Below, one piece after another: positions 17,792-27,135 of a stretch of DNA of 64,000 nucleotides. The notes under the pieces were generated by a model. The model did not search any database. It had not been told where the DNA came from and saw only the letters and a program-made list of their open reading frames with translations. The stretch is from Bacteroidales bacterium (GTDB lineage: Bacteria > Bacteroidota > Bacteroidia > Bacteroidales > UBA932). The stretch lies in the NCBI GenBank assembly GCA_021443665.1, contig JABUTN010000002.1, forward strand, positions 27,943 to 91,942. Reading direction: 5' to 3'. Made by a program: the position numbers and the translations under genes. Numbering within the stretch: the first letter of the stretch is position 1; every line of letters starts with the position of its first letter.

Positions 17792-18574
17792 TTACCCATT
17801 GACCTGGACTTTGATACCCGAGGTCTCGAGAGGCTCCGCTATCTGACGCATACGTTCCACGGAGACTTTCTTCAGACCCGACACCGGCGTTTCACGGTCA
17901 ATCGTGTAAATCATCACCTCCCGCGGGCGGAGTTCAAGCACGGTTTTCTGCCATTGGGAGGCAAGGGCCTCGCAAGAGTTGTCAAAGTCCATACCCTCAA
18001 TGCTGCCCTTCAGGAACATAGTCTGAAGCACATATCCGAAGTCCAGAGAGCGCAGCTGTTCCACTATACGCTCAGGCGTGATGCCGGATGCCGGGCGGTT
18101 CAGGGCCGCAAACAGAGCATCGTCAAGCGTGTCGAGTTTCAGGATGGGGTTATCGACCTTTGCAAGGGCGCGGCGGACGGAAGCCTTGTGCAGCTGGGTG
18201 GCGTTCGAAAACACACTCACCACCGCGGCAGGAAAATACTTCCCGCGAAGTTCGAGAGTGAGGTCGATGATGCCTTCGAAATCAGGGTGGAGGCTGGGCT
18301 CGCCGTTTCCCGTGAAGGAGATGGAGTCCACCGCCGTCCCATCTTCGTGCAGCGCGGCGAAGCGTGTCCGCATAGCAGTCCCGACCGTGGCAAAATCGGG
18401 AAGCCTCAGGCTCTTGGCCTGTTCCCCCTTCGGATTCAGCCCGCACTCGCAATAGATGCAGTCGAAGGAACACACCTTGCCCGCTGAGGGGGAGATGTTG
18501 ATGCCGAGCGAACTCCCCACCCTGCGGCTGATGATGGGGCCGAACACAATGTCTGACCAGAGGAAGGTCGCCAT
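17792..18574 (-). CDS. Small radical SAM protein (COG0731/Elp3-like class), function unknown
   Basis: CxxxCxxC cluster 'CSFDCIYCEC' near the N-terminus and the 'GNGEPSL' glycine motif. 260 aa with no MiaB/TRAM/SPASM extension. 1-nt gap after the cupin gene. Confidence 0.8.
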   Translation of the reverse strand: MATFLWSDIVFGPIISRRVGSSLGINISPSAGKVCSFDCIYCECGLNPKGEQAKSLRLPDFATVGTAMRTRFAALHEDGTAVDSISFTGNGEPSLHPDFEGIIDLTLELRGKYFPAAVVSVFSNATQLHKASVRRALAKVDNPILKLDTLDDALFAALNRPASGITPERIVEQLRSLDFGYVLQTMFLKGSIEGMDFDNSCEALASQWQKTVLELRPREVMIYTIDRETPVSGLKKVSVERMRQIAEPLETSGIKVQVNG

Positions 18575-18575
18575 A

Positions 18576-18908
18576 TTATCTGACTTCAGGCACCACGGCG
18601 AAAATCTCGAGCGGATCGGGGCCGTCGTTGATCAGGGTGTGGCTGAGTCCGTTACCGCAGTAATGGACATCACCGGGCATAAGGATTTCCTCGCTTGAGT
18701 TGCAGATGCAGCGCCCCCTGCCGGAGAGGATGAGAATCACCTCAAGACTGGTCTCGTGAGTGTGCAGGCCTATCGAGGCCCCCTGGGGCACCACAGCCTT
18801 CATAATGCGGCATTTGCCGTCAAAGAACATTCGGGCGTCGATGCTTTTCTCACCGCCCTTGAAAGCAGGCATATTCACCTGCTCGATTTTGCTGTAATCA
18901 ATTTTCAT
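18576..18908 (-). CDS. Cupin domain protein
   Basis: 110 aa. Cupin motifs 'GASIGLHTHETSLEV' and 'PGDVHYCGNGLSHTLIN'. ATGA overlap with miaA. Confidence 0.7.
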   Translation of the reverse strand: MKIDYSKIEQVNMPAFKGGEKSIDARMFFDGKCRIMKAVVPQGASIGLHTHETSLEVILILSGRGRCICNSSEEILMPGDVHYCGNGLSHTLINDGPDPLEIFAVVPEVR

Positions 18909-19747
18909 ACGGGTCTCTTAAAATATGATATCTGTCTTTTTGCATAATGGCGGGTGTGGAGTTTGATGGCGTCAACAGCCTCTTCGAGCGAACATTTGCC
19001 GTCGAAATGCTCAAACAACTCCTTGTAGCCCACGGTCTGGAGCGCTGTCTTGTCGCGATACGGCAGCAGAGCCCTCGCCTCCTCGAGCAGACCGGCATCC
19101 ATCATCAAATCCACCCTGCGGTCTATGCGGGCATAAAGTTCGTCCCGCGGCATCTCCAGCACCTTCCTTTCGATTGTAAAATTTCTTTTCCCCTGCGGTG
19201 AACTTTTGTAGGAGGAGAACTTCCTGCCAGTGCCTATGGTCACCTCCAGGGCACGCACCACCCGCTTCCAGTTGTTCACGTCTATACTCGCGTAACTCTC
19301 GGGGTCCAGTCGCTGCAACTCCATCTGCATCACCTCAATGCCCTCCTTTTGGGCCCTATCATTGAGTTCGCGGCGAAGTTTCAGGTCGGCCTCGGGGAAA
19401 TCGTCCAGACCGCGGCAGACTGCATCGGCGTACAGCCCGGAGCCGCCCACCATCACGAGGCTGTCGTGGCTTTTGAACAGCTCGTCGAGAAGGGCCAGGG
19501 CCTCAAGTTCGTATTTGCCCGCCGAATAGAGGGGGCCGAAAATGGAATGGGAGTGTATGAAATAATGTTTGACCAGGGCGAGCTGCGCTGGAGAAGGCAC
19601 GGCAGTGCCTATGGTCATTTCCTTGTAAATCTGCCGCGAGTCGCAAGAAATCACCGGCGACCCGAGTTTTAGGGCAAGGTCAATGGCATAGTCGGTCTTG
19701 CCCACCGCTGTCGGCCCGAGTATCAGTATCAGTCTGGGCCCTGACAT
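18905..19747 (-). CDS. miaA: tRNA dimethylallyltransferase
   Basis: P-loop 'GPTAVGKT', plus 'DSRQIYKEMTIGTA', 'GGSGLY', 'RVVRALE' and 'TRHYAKRQISYF'. Confidence 0.9.
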   Translation of the reverse strand: MSGPRLILILGPTAVGKTDYAIDLALKLGSPVISCDSRQIYKEMTIGTAVPSPAQLALVKHYFIHSHSIFGPLYSAGKYELEALALLDELFKSHDSLVMVGGSGLYADAVCRGLDDFPEADLKLRRELNDRAQKEGIEVMQMELQRLDPESYASIDVNNWKRVVRALEVTIGTGRKFSSYKSSPQGKRNFTIERKVLEMPRDELYARIDRRVDLMMDAGLLEEARALLPYRDKTALQTVGYKELFEHFDGKCSLEEAVDAIKLHTRHYAKRQISYFKRPV

Positions 19748-19750
19748 CCG

Positions 19751-20704
19751 TTATTTCCCCCAAAGGTTTTCGGGATAGACCCCGGCATCCACGAGGGCGC
19801 GAATCTTGGCGACGACATCCGGCTTGTCCTCCTTATAGGTCACACCGAACCATTTCGCAGCGCTGCTGAGCACCTTCATCGAAGCCTTGCCCTCGCTGAT
19901 AAGGCTGTTGACGGCAAGAGGGATGAAGAACTCGGCCTTGGGATTCGCGAGGTTGGCGGGATCGGAAAGGAAGACCTTGAAGAGGCGCTCCGACTCCGCG
20001 AAGTAGTCGGGGGTGAAGCCGAAGAGATTCATAGAAACTATGCAGTCCTCGCTGATGGGATGCAGGCCTTCCTCGTCCTTATATGTCACCTCGCCGGCCT
20101 CACGGCTCTTTCCGCAGGCGCAGGCCCAGGGGCCCTTCTGACGCTCTATGCCGAGGCGTTCCACCATACCCGTAAGGTTGCCTCCGGCATCCACGCTGCA
20201 CTCGCCGCGGGACACGGAACCGAAATCCGAGAGGGTGTTCTTGAGATAATAGCCGCACATTGAATAGGCACCCTTTTTTCCCTCCACGCTCCTGAGATAG
20301 TCGCCGAGCACCTGATAGCCTTCGTGTCCGTAGAAATCGTCGGAGTTTATCACGGCGAAGGGGGTGTCCACCACGGGGGCCGCCATCATCACAGCGTGAT
20401 TCGTTCCCCAGGGCTTAACGCGGCCTTCAGGCACAGTGAAGCCTTCGGGAAGGTAGTCCAGTTCCTGGAACACGAACTCCACCTCAATCTTCCCGCCGAA
20501 ACGCTCAGCGGAGAAGACCTCCTTGAACTCCTTTTCGAAAAGGTGGCGGATGACGAAAACCACCTTGCCGAAGCCGGCCCTGATGGCATCGTATATCGAA
20601 TAGTCTATGATTGCCTCGCCGCAAGGGCCGACGGCATCCATTTGTTTGAGTGAACCGTAGCGCGAACCCATTCCGGCCGCGAGGACTACCAGTGTCGGTT
20701 TCAT
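19751..20704 (-). CDS. Nucleotidyltransferase (sugar-phosphate NTP-transferase fold)
   Basis: N-terminal 'LAAGMGSRYGSLKQ' nucleotide-binding loop. 317 aa. 3-nt gap to miaA. Confidence 0.75.
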   Translation of the reverse strand: MKPTLVVLAAGMGSRYGSLKQMDAVGPCGEAIIDYSIYDAIRAGFGKVVFVIRHLFEKEFKEVFSAERFGGKIEVEFVFQELDYLPEGFTVPEGRVKPWGTNHAVMMAAPVVDTPFAVINSDDFYGHEGYQVLGDYLRSVEGKKGAYSMCGYYLKNTLSDFGSVSRGECSVDAGGNLTGMVERLGIERQKGPWACACGKSREAGEVTYKDEEGLHPISEDCIVSMNLFGFTPDYFAESERLFKVFLSDPANLANPKAEFFIPLAVNSLISEGKASMKVLSSAAKWFGVTYKEDKPDVVAKIRALVDAGVYPENLWGK

Positions 20705-20716
20705 TGTATCAGGAAT

Positions 20717-22048
20717 TTATTTTTTGGGGATATGTTTGTACTTGAAGAGGAAGGTGAAGAGAAGCAGCACCACAAGGGCATAGGCCGCAAAGATGAACCA
20801 CGCCGTGCTCCAGCCGCTCTGGAGGGCCGCGGCGTTGGCCTCGCTCAGGAAGCCGTTGGCCTCAAGGGGCAGGTCGGCGGGCACTTTGGCATTCACGACA
20901 GCCTGGGCTATTTTGGTGCCGATGGCGGCGCCGAGACCGTTCGACATCAGCATCAGCAGACCCTGGGCGCTTGAACGGATGGACTCGTCAGTGTTTTCGT
21001 TGACAAAGAGGGAACCGGAGATATTGAAGAAATCGAAGGCCACGCCATAGACTATCATTGAGAGCAGGAGCAGCCAAACTCCGGAGCCGGGGTTGCCCAC
21101 TGCGAAGAGTCCGAACCTGAAGACCCAGGCAAGCATCGCCAGCATCATCACCCTCTTGATGCCCCACTTCCTCAGGCAGAAGGGTATCAGCAGTATGCAG
21201 AGGGTTTCGGAAATCTGCGAGATGGAGATGAGGATGTTGGAGTATTTCACGCCGAGGCTACCCGCATATTCGGCAATCTGTCCAAAAGAGGAGATGAAGG
21301 GGTTGGCAAAGCCGTTGGTCACCTGCAGGGCCATACCGAGCAACATCGAGAAGATGAAGAAGAGGGCCATCCTGTAATCCTTGAAGAGGGTGAAAGCCTT
21401 GAGGCCGAGAGCATCCACAAAGGATTTGGAGGAGCCTTTCGATACGGGGCAGGCGGGCATTGTGAAGGCGTAGAAGCCGAGAACCACTCCGAGAAGGCCG
21501 GAGAAGGCATACTGCATAGGTGTGTTCTGAAAGGAGGCTGTGGCGTTGACGGCCCACTCAAGCCCGAACCAGTCCACGCGCAGGATGTTCACAGTCCACA
21601 TCGAAAGAATGAAGCCGACCGTTCCCCAGACGCGGATGGGAGGGAAACTCTTGACCGTATCCATCCCCGCAGACTCGAGGGCCGTATAAGACACTGAATA
21701 AGAGAGTGCTATGGTCGGCATATAGAACATTATGGCGAGTGTGTAGAGGGCGAACACGATGCCCGGACTGGCATCCGCGCCAAATTTCATTCCATAGACG
21801 CCGGTAGCAATCATAGCCATGGCGGAAATCAGGTGGCAGATGCCATATACCTTCTGGGCCTGCACCCATCTGTCCGCTATAATGCCGATAAGGGCCGGCA
21901 TAAAGCAGGAAATCACGCCCTGAATCGCGTAGTAGTTGCCAATGTTCGCGCCCATCCCAACCGAGGAGAGATAGACTCCCTGGCTGGTCAGATAGGCCCC
22001 CCAGATGGCGAACTGGAGGAAATTGATTGCTATAAGCTTGAGTTTCAT
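20717..22048 (-). CDS. MFS transporter, nucleoside permease (NupG/XapB-like)
   Basis: 12 TM helices. The N-terminus 'MKLKLIAINFLQFAIWGAYLTS' resembles Bacteroidales nucleoside:H+ symporters. Confidence 0.7.
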   Translation of the reverse strand: MKLKLIAINFLQFAIWGAYLTSQGVYLSSVGMGANIGNYYAIQGVISCFMPALIGIIADRWVQAQKVYGICHLISAMAMIATGVYGMKFGADASPGIVFALYTLAIMFYMPTIALSYSVSYTALESAGMDTVKSFPPIRVWGTVGFILSMWTVNILRVDWFGLEWAVNATASFQNTPMQYAFSGLLGVVLGFYAFTMPACPVSKGSSKSFVDALGLKAFTLFKDYRMALFFIFSMLLGMALQVTNGFANPFISSFGQIAEYAGSLGVKYSNILISISQISETLCILLIPFCLRKWGIKRVMMLAMLAWVFRFGLFAVGNPGSGVWLLLLSMIVYGVAFDFFNISGSLFVNENTDESIRSSAQGLLMLMSNGLGAAIGTKIAQAVVNAKVPADLPLEANGFLSEANAAALQSGWSTAWFIFAAYALVVLLLFTFLFKYKHIPKK

Positions 22049-22070
22049 AGTTTGAATGGAATTTCGGGAG

Positions 22071-22078
22071 GCAAAAGT
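22071..22078 (-). promoter_or_regulatory. -7 box TActTTTG (MFS permease operon)
   Basis: 22 nt upstream of ATG 22048. Confidence 0.45.
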
Positions 22079-22095
22079 AAGGATTTTATGTGAAT

Positions 22096-22698
22096 TTAAA
22101 AACTGAGCAGGGCCTCCAACTCCTTGCGGAGATTATCGACACCGGTGAAGCGGATGCCGTGGAGCCCCACAGACCTCGCCCCCTCCACATTGGCGGGATT
22201 GTCATCTATGAACACGGATTCCTGAGCCTTGATGCCGAAACGCTCGAGCAGGACCCTGAAGATGCGCGGGTCGGGCTTGACAAGCCTTTCCTCGCCGGAA
22301 ACGATTTTCCCGTCCAGCATCCCGAGGACCTCGTAATTGTCAAAAATGGTGTACAAGGTCTCTGCAGACCAGTTGGTCAATCCATACACGGGATAAGACC
22401 TTCTCTTGAGTTCCGCAACATACTCCGTCATTCCCGGAATGGCTTTTCCCATCATCTTCCTCCACTGCCCGAAGTACATCCTGATTTCCTTCTCCCACTC
22501 GGGGTGCTGCGCCACGAGCGCTTCCGTAGCCTCGGCCATCGGCCAGCCGCAGTCCACCTTCGTGTTCCATTCCATAGTGCAGATGTTCTCCAGAAACCAA
22601 CTCGTCTTGTCACTATCTCCGAAGTACGGGTCAAAGAGGTAGTGCGGATTCCAGTCCACCAGCACCCCTCCGAAATCGAAAATGATGTTCCTGATCAT
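22096..22698 (-). CDS. HAD family hydrolase
   Basis: Motif I 'IIFDFGGVLV' and C-terminal 'FIDDNPANV'. ATGA overlap with bioB. Confidence 0.8.
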   Translation of the reverse strand: MIRNIIFDFGGVLVDWNPHYLFDPYFGDSDKTSWFLENICTMEWNTKVDCGWPMAEATEALVAQHPEWEKEIRMYFGQWRKMMGKAIPGMTEYVAELKRRSYPVYGLTNWSAETLYTIFDNYEVLGMLDGKIVSGEERLVKPDPRIFRVLLERFGIKAQESVFIDDNPANVEGARSVGLHGIRFTGVDNLRKELEALLSF

Positions 22699-23675
22699 CT
22701 GTACGACTTTTCTATAAGTTTGACTTCATCCTTCACATCGGTCCCGGCTGTCGTGAGCATAGCTCCCATTATCGCGGCGTTTATGCCCGCATACAGAGCC
22801 TTCTCGAAGAATGACAGGTTAAGGGAAGAGCGCCCTCCGGCAAGCCTGAGGTAGGCACGGGGATTTATGAACCGGAACAACGCTATCGTGACGAGTATCT
22901 CCTCCTCAGTCAAGGGGGCCTGCCCTGCCAGAGGGGTGCCCTTTATGGGGTGGAGTATATTGATGGGGATGGAAGCCACATTGAGGTCTCTGAGTTCGAA
23001 GGCGAGTTCCAGCCTCTGCTCCATAGTCTCGCCCATACCGATTATCCCGCCGCTGCAGACCTCCAGGCCTGCTTCCGCGGCCGCACGCAGAGTTTCCAGT
23101 TTCTGCTGCTGGGTGTGGGTGGTGCAGAGTTTCCCGAAATACGAGGCCGATGTTTCCAGATTGCAGTGATAGCGGCTGATTCCGCTTTGCTTCAAGGCGG
23201 ACAGTTCCTCCCTGTCAAGCAGCCCCAGCGAAGCGCAGAGGGAGATGCCTGTTTTCCTTTTCAGCGATTCGGACATGGAGCATATCCGCTCGAGTTCCCT
23301 CCTGGTCGGCTTCCTGCCGCTGGTCACGATGGAAAATCTCTTGAAACCGGCAGCCTCACTTTCCCGGGCAGATTCCACGCACTTCTCTTCGGAAATCAGC
23401 CCATACACGCTGACATTCGTCCTGTGGTGGGCGGACTGGGCGCACCAGCTGCAGTTCTCCGGACACAAGCCCGACTTTGCGTTCACGATGGAACACATAT
23501 CGAAGTCCCTGCCCGCCATCTTTTCCGTAATGCAATGGGACGCCTCAAAAAGCGCAGCCCCGGCCTCCTTATCGTCTTCAACAACAGCCGCCAGACGCCC
23601 CGCCTCCTCGGGAGAAATCACCCCTCCCGCAAGCACCTTGTCCCTCAATTCATCAATATTAACCGCATTTTTCAT
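22695..23675 (-). CDS. bioB: Biotin synthase
   Basis: Radical SAM cluster 'CPENCSWCAQS', 326 aa, 'YHCNLETS'-type region. Confidence 0.9.
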   Translation of the reverse strand: MKNAVNIDELRDKVLAGGVISPEEAGRLAAVVEDDKEAGAALFEASHCITEKMAGRDFDMCSIVNAKSGLCPENCSWCAQSAHHRTNVSVYGLISEEKCVESARESEAAGFKRFSIVTSGRKPTRRELERICSMSESLKRKTGISLCASLGLLDREELSALKQSGISRYHCNLETSASYFGKLCTTHTQQQKLETLRAAAEAGLEVCSGGIIGMGETMEQRLELAFELRDLNVASIPINILHPIKGTPLAGQAPLTEEEILVTIALFRFINPRAYLRLAGGRSSLNLSFFEKALYAGINAAIMGAMLTTAGTDVKDEVKLIEKSYR

Positions 23676-23714
23676 AGCCCCAAAGGTAGAATATTTTTGC
23701 AGAATACGCGGTTT

Positions 23715-26447
23715 CTATATCACTTGCCCGCCGTAACGGCCGCCGCCGGGGCCAAGTTCGATGAGGTGGTCAACGGAGCGGAGAACATCCTCGTTGTGCT
23801 CGATGATGATGACGGTGTTGCCCTGGTCCACGAGGTGGGAAAGGACTTCGAGGAGGACGCGGATGTCGTCCGTGTGGAGGCCGGTGGTGGGCTCGTCGAG
23901 GATGAAGAGGGTGTGGCCGGTGGCGCTGCGGGAGAGTTCGGCCGCGAGTTTGACGCGCTGATTCTCACCGCCGCTGAGCGTGAGCGAACTCTGCCCAAGC
24001 CTGATGTAGCCGAGGCCCACGTCCTTGAGCGAACGCAGTTTGCCGGCGATCGAGGGCACGCTGTCAAAAAAGTCCACGGCCTCGCTGATGGTCATATCCA
24101 GCACCTCGCTGATATTCTTGCCCTTGTAGCGCACTGAGAGCACATCCGGTTTGAAGCGCTTGCCGCCGCACTCCTTGCAGCAGACCTGCACGCTCGGCAG
24201 GAAGTTCATCTCAATAATCTCCACCCCGGCGCCCTTGCAGACCTCGCAACGGCCGCCCTTCACATTGAATGAAAAAATGTTGGACTTCAAGCCGCGTATC
24301 TTGGCATCCGGAGTCTGCTCGAAAAGTTGCCTGATGGGGGTCAGCACGCCCGTATAAGTAGCGGGATTGGACCTGGGGGAACGTCCGATGGGGGACTGAT
24401 CGACCACCACGAGCTTGTCTATATGTTCGAGGCCCTCAATCGAATCGTAGGGAAGAGGGTCCTGAAGCGAACGGTAAAGTTTCTTCGAAATGATGGGCAT
24501 CAGGGTGTCCGCGATGAGCGAAGATTTTCCGGAACCGCTCACGCCACACACGCCGATGAAGGTGCCGAGGGGAAAACTCACCGTCACATTCTTGAGATTG
24601 TGCCCCCTCGCCCCGCGAAGCACGAGACTGTGCCCGCTGCCCTGACGGATCTGCTTGGGCGGCTCGATTTTCTTGTCGCCCAGGAGGTACTGGGCCGTCA
24701 GCGAAGTCTCACGCACGGACGCTATCCCCTCCAGAGGGCCGCTGTAAAGCACCTTGCCCCCGTGTTCGCCCGCCCCAGGACCGAGGTCTACAATCCAGTC
24801 GGCCGCCTTCATCATCGCCTCATCGTGTTCGACCACCATCACGGAATTTCCCTCGTCGCGCAGCCGCTGGAGAGAGGCAATCAGCTTGAGATTGTCGCTC
24901 GCGTGCAGGCCGATGCTGGGCTCATCGAGAATATAGAGCACATTCACAAGTTTGGAACCTATCTGCGTGGCAAGGCGGATGCGCTGGCTCTCGCCGCCGC
25001 TGAGCGAACGGGTGGGTCGGTCGAGCGAAAGGTAGCCAAGTCCCACATCGACCAGGAAGCCGATACGTTCCTCCAGTTCCTTGAGTATGTCGTGGCCTAT
25101 GTTCCGTTCCTTTTCGCTCAGGCGGGAAGGCAGCTGATGCACCCACTCGAGCAGGTCCACCACGTCCATAGCGCAGAGCTGGGCGATGTCGAAACCGTCA
25201 ATTTTGAAACATAGGGCATCCTGATTGAGCCTGCTGCCGTGGCAGACGGGGCAGACATTCTCTACGGCATAGCGTTCCTTGCGGTCGAAGGATTCGTCGC
25301 TCTCCTGCGAATGATGCTCCAGTTTCGAGAGTATGCCGGGGAAAGTCACCATCTCCGAAAGGCCGGCATAGGTATTTACCCTGATGAGGTCTTCGCTGCC
25401 GTACATAAGCAGGGAAATGGTCTCGTCGCTGAGGGTGGATATGGGGTCGAAGAGGGAAAACTCATTCTTGGCGGCAAGGGCCTCGAGCATCGCGAACATA
25501 TTGTTGTCCTTCTTGGGGCCTATGGGCGCAATGCCTCCCTGCGCTATCGAGAGCGAGGGATTGGGGATAATCTTCTCCATATCCACCTGGGAAATCACCC
25601 CGAGCCCCTTGCAATGTGGGCAGGCGCCCTGGGGGGAATTGAAAGAAAAAGTATGGGGGGCCGGCTCGGGCAGGGAAATGCCGGTGTCGGGGCAGATGAA
25701 ATGTTTGCTGAAATGGGCCGTGGAGCCATCTTCCGCATCCAGAATGGAAAGGGAGCCCTTGCCGTAATTGAGGGCGAGGGTCACGGCATCCCTCACCCGC
25801 TTCGCGTCATCGCCCGAGGGCACGAGACGGTCCACCACCAGGTCGATGAAATGGGCCTTGTAGCGGTCCACGCCGCCGGCCACATCCGTGATATCGACTA
25901 TGTTGCCGTCTATCCGCATCTTGCTGTAACCGCGGCGCATCATACTCTCGAACAGCTCGCGGTAATGCCCCTTGCGCCCCTTCACCAGGGGGGCGAGCAC
26001 CACACAGCGGCGGGAGGCATACTTGCTGATGACAAGGTCCACAATCTGCGCATCGGTGTAACGCACCATCTCCGCCCCCGTCGCCGGGCTGTAGCCTTTG
26101 GCTATGCGGGAAAACAGCAGGCGCAGGAAGTCCGCGATTTCGGTCACGGTGCCCACGGTCGATCTGGGGTTGCGGTTGGTTGCCTTCTGCTCTATGGCAA
26201 TGGTCGGGCTAAGACCCGTAATGCTCTCTATGGAAGGGCGTTCCATCACACCTATATAGTGACGCGCATAGGCCGACAGGGTATCCATATAACGCCTTTG
26301 GGCCTCCGCGAAGATGGTGTCGAAGGCCAAGGACGACTTTCCGGACCCGCTGAGTCCCGTCACAACTACCAAAGCGTGACGCGGAATCTTCAGCGACACC
26401 TGCTTGAGGTTGTGAACGCTCGCGTTGGTGATTTCAATGAAATCCAT
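23715..26447 (-). CDS. uvrA: Excinuclease ABC subunit A paralogue (UvrA-like)
   Basis: Two ABC modules ('GLSGSGKSSLAFDT', 'GVSGSGKSSL'; signatures 'LSGGESQRIRLA', 'LSGGENQRVKLA') and zinc motifs 'CPHCKGLG', 'CPVCHGSRL', 'CEVCKGAG', 'CKECGGKRF'. 910 aa. Confidence 0.9.
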   Translation of the reverse strand: MDFIEITNASVHNLKQVSLKIPRHALVVVTGLSGSGKSSLAFDTIFAEAQRRYMDTLSAYARHYIGVMERPSIESITGLSPTIAIEQKATNRNPRSTVGTVTEIADFLRLLFSRIAKGYSPATGAEMVRYTDAQIVDLVISKYASRRCVVLAPLVKGRKGHYRELFESMMRRGYSKMRIDGNIVDITDVAGGVDRYKAHFIDLVVDRLVPSGDDAKRVRDAVTLALNYGKGSLSILDAEDGSTAHFSKHFICPDTGISLPEPAPHTFSFNSPQGACPHCKGLGVISQVDMEKIIPNPSLSIAQGGIAPIGPKKDNNMFAMLEALAAKNEFSLFDPISTLSDETISLLMYGSEDLIRVNTYAGLSEMVTFPGILSKLEHHSQESDESFDRKERYAVENVCPVCHGSRLNQDALCFKIDGFDIAQLCAMDVVDLLEWVHQLPSRLSEKERNIGHDILKELEERIGFLVDVGLGYLSLDRPTRSLSGGESQRIRLATQIGSKLVNVLYILDEPSIGLHASDNLKLIASLQRLRDEGNSVMVVEHDEAMMKAADWIVDLGPGAGEHGGKVLYSGPLEGIASVRETSLTAQYLLGDKKIEPPKQIRQGSGHSLVLRGARGHNLKNVTVSFPLGTFIGVCGVSGSGKSSLIADTLMPIISKKLYRSLQDPLPYDSIEGLEHIDKLVVVDQSPIGRSPRSNPATYTGVLTPIRQLFEQTPDAKIRGLKSNIFSFNVKGGRCEVCKGAGVEIIEMNFLPSVQVCCKECGGKRFKPDVLSVRYKGKNISEVLDMTISEAVDFFDSVPSIAGKLRSLKDVGLGYIRLGQSSLTLSGGENQRVKLAAELSRSATGHTLFILDEPTTGLHTDDIRVLLEVLSHLVDQGNTVIIIEHNEDVLRSVDHLIELGPGGGRYGGQVI

Positions 26448-27075
26448 ACAGGAAGGGATTGTTCTGTTCGTATGCGATGCTCGTCACCGGACCGTGTCCG
26501 GGAAGCACATCATAATCCCCCGGAAGAGTCAGCAACTTTTCCGAAATCGATGCCCTCAGCTTGTCCAGGTCCCCGCCGAGCAGGTCCGTACGCCCTATGC
26601 TGTCGCGGAAAAGTGTATCGCCACTGAGAACAACACCCTCAGACTCTATCAGATAGCATACTCCCCCCTTCGTATGGCCGGGGGTTGCGAGCACCTTAAT
26701 CTTCAAATCCCCGATTTCTATGGTCTGCCCGTCTGAAACGGGAGTGAAATCCTGATGGCTCCACTCGTATCTGTAGCCGAACTGCGGACAGGCCTGGATA
26801 TTGAAGGCTATCTGCTCCCTGTCTGCGGCGGACATATAGAGGGGAATGTTCCAGCGCTTCAGGCACCACTCCACCCCGAGGCTGTGGTCAAAATGGCAAT
26901 GGGTGAGCAACACCGCCACAGGAGTCAGAGAATTGTCCTCTATGTACTTTTCGAGTTGCTCCCTTTCCTGCTGCGAATAGCAGCCGGGGTCGGTTATCGC
27001 ACATCTGCCGCTGTTCCCGTCGGAAACTACATAGCAGTTGGTGCCGAGCAGATTGAAGGAAAAACATTTGATCAT
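26434..27075 (-). CDS. MBL-fold metallo-hydrolase
   Basis: 'LLTHCHFDHSLG' metal motif and 'TPGHTKG'. ATG at 27075 ('MIKCFSF') lies just downstream of a -7 box. The longer track ORF to 27204 would swallow the promoter. Confidence 0.85.
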   Translation of the reverse strand: MIKCFSFNLLGTNCYVVSDGNSGRCAITDPGCYSQQEREQLEKYIEDNSLTPVAVLLTHCHFDHSLGVEWCLKRWNIPLYMSAADREQIAFNIQACPQFGYRYEWSHQDFTPVSDGQTIEIGDLKIKVLATPGHTKGGVCYLIESEGVVLSGDTLFRDSIGRTDLLGGDLDKLRASISEKLLTLPGDYDVLPGHGPVTSIAYEQNNPFLYGFH

Positions 27076-27080
27076 AAGTG

Positions 27081-27088
27081 CAAAATTA
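27081..27088 (-). promoter_or_regulatory. -7 box TAatTTTG (MBL hydrolase/uvrA operon)
   Basis: 5 nt upstream of ATG 27075. Confidence 0.45.
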
Positions 27089-27101
27089 CAAACTCTTTTT
27101 G

Positions 27102-27109
27102 TATTTTTG
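27102..27109 (+). promoter_or_regulatory. -7 box TAttTTTG (deoxynucleoside kinase)
   Basis: 26 nt upstream of ATG 27136. Confidence 0.45.
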
Positions 27110-27135
27110 CCTTCCGAACAAAAAAGAAAGAGATT

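Noticed and set aside
22950-26627. Plus-strand ORFs of 395 aa (22950..24137) and 462 aa (25239..26627) opposite bioB and uvrA.
   Set aside because: They are antisense shadows of strongly supported genes. They are Gly/Arg/His/Ala-rich and have no recognisable domain, start context or promoter box.
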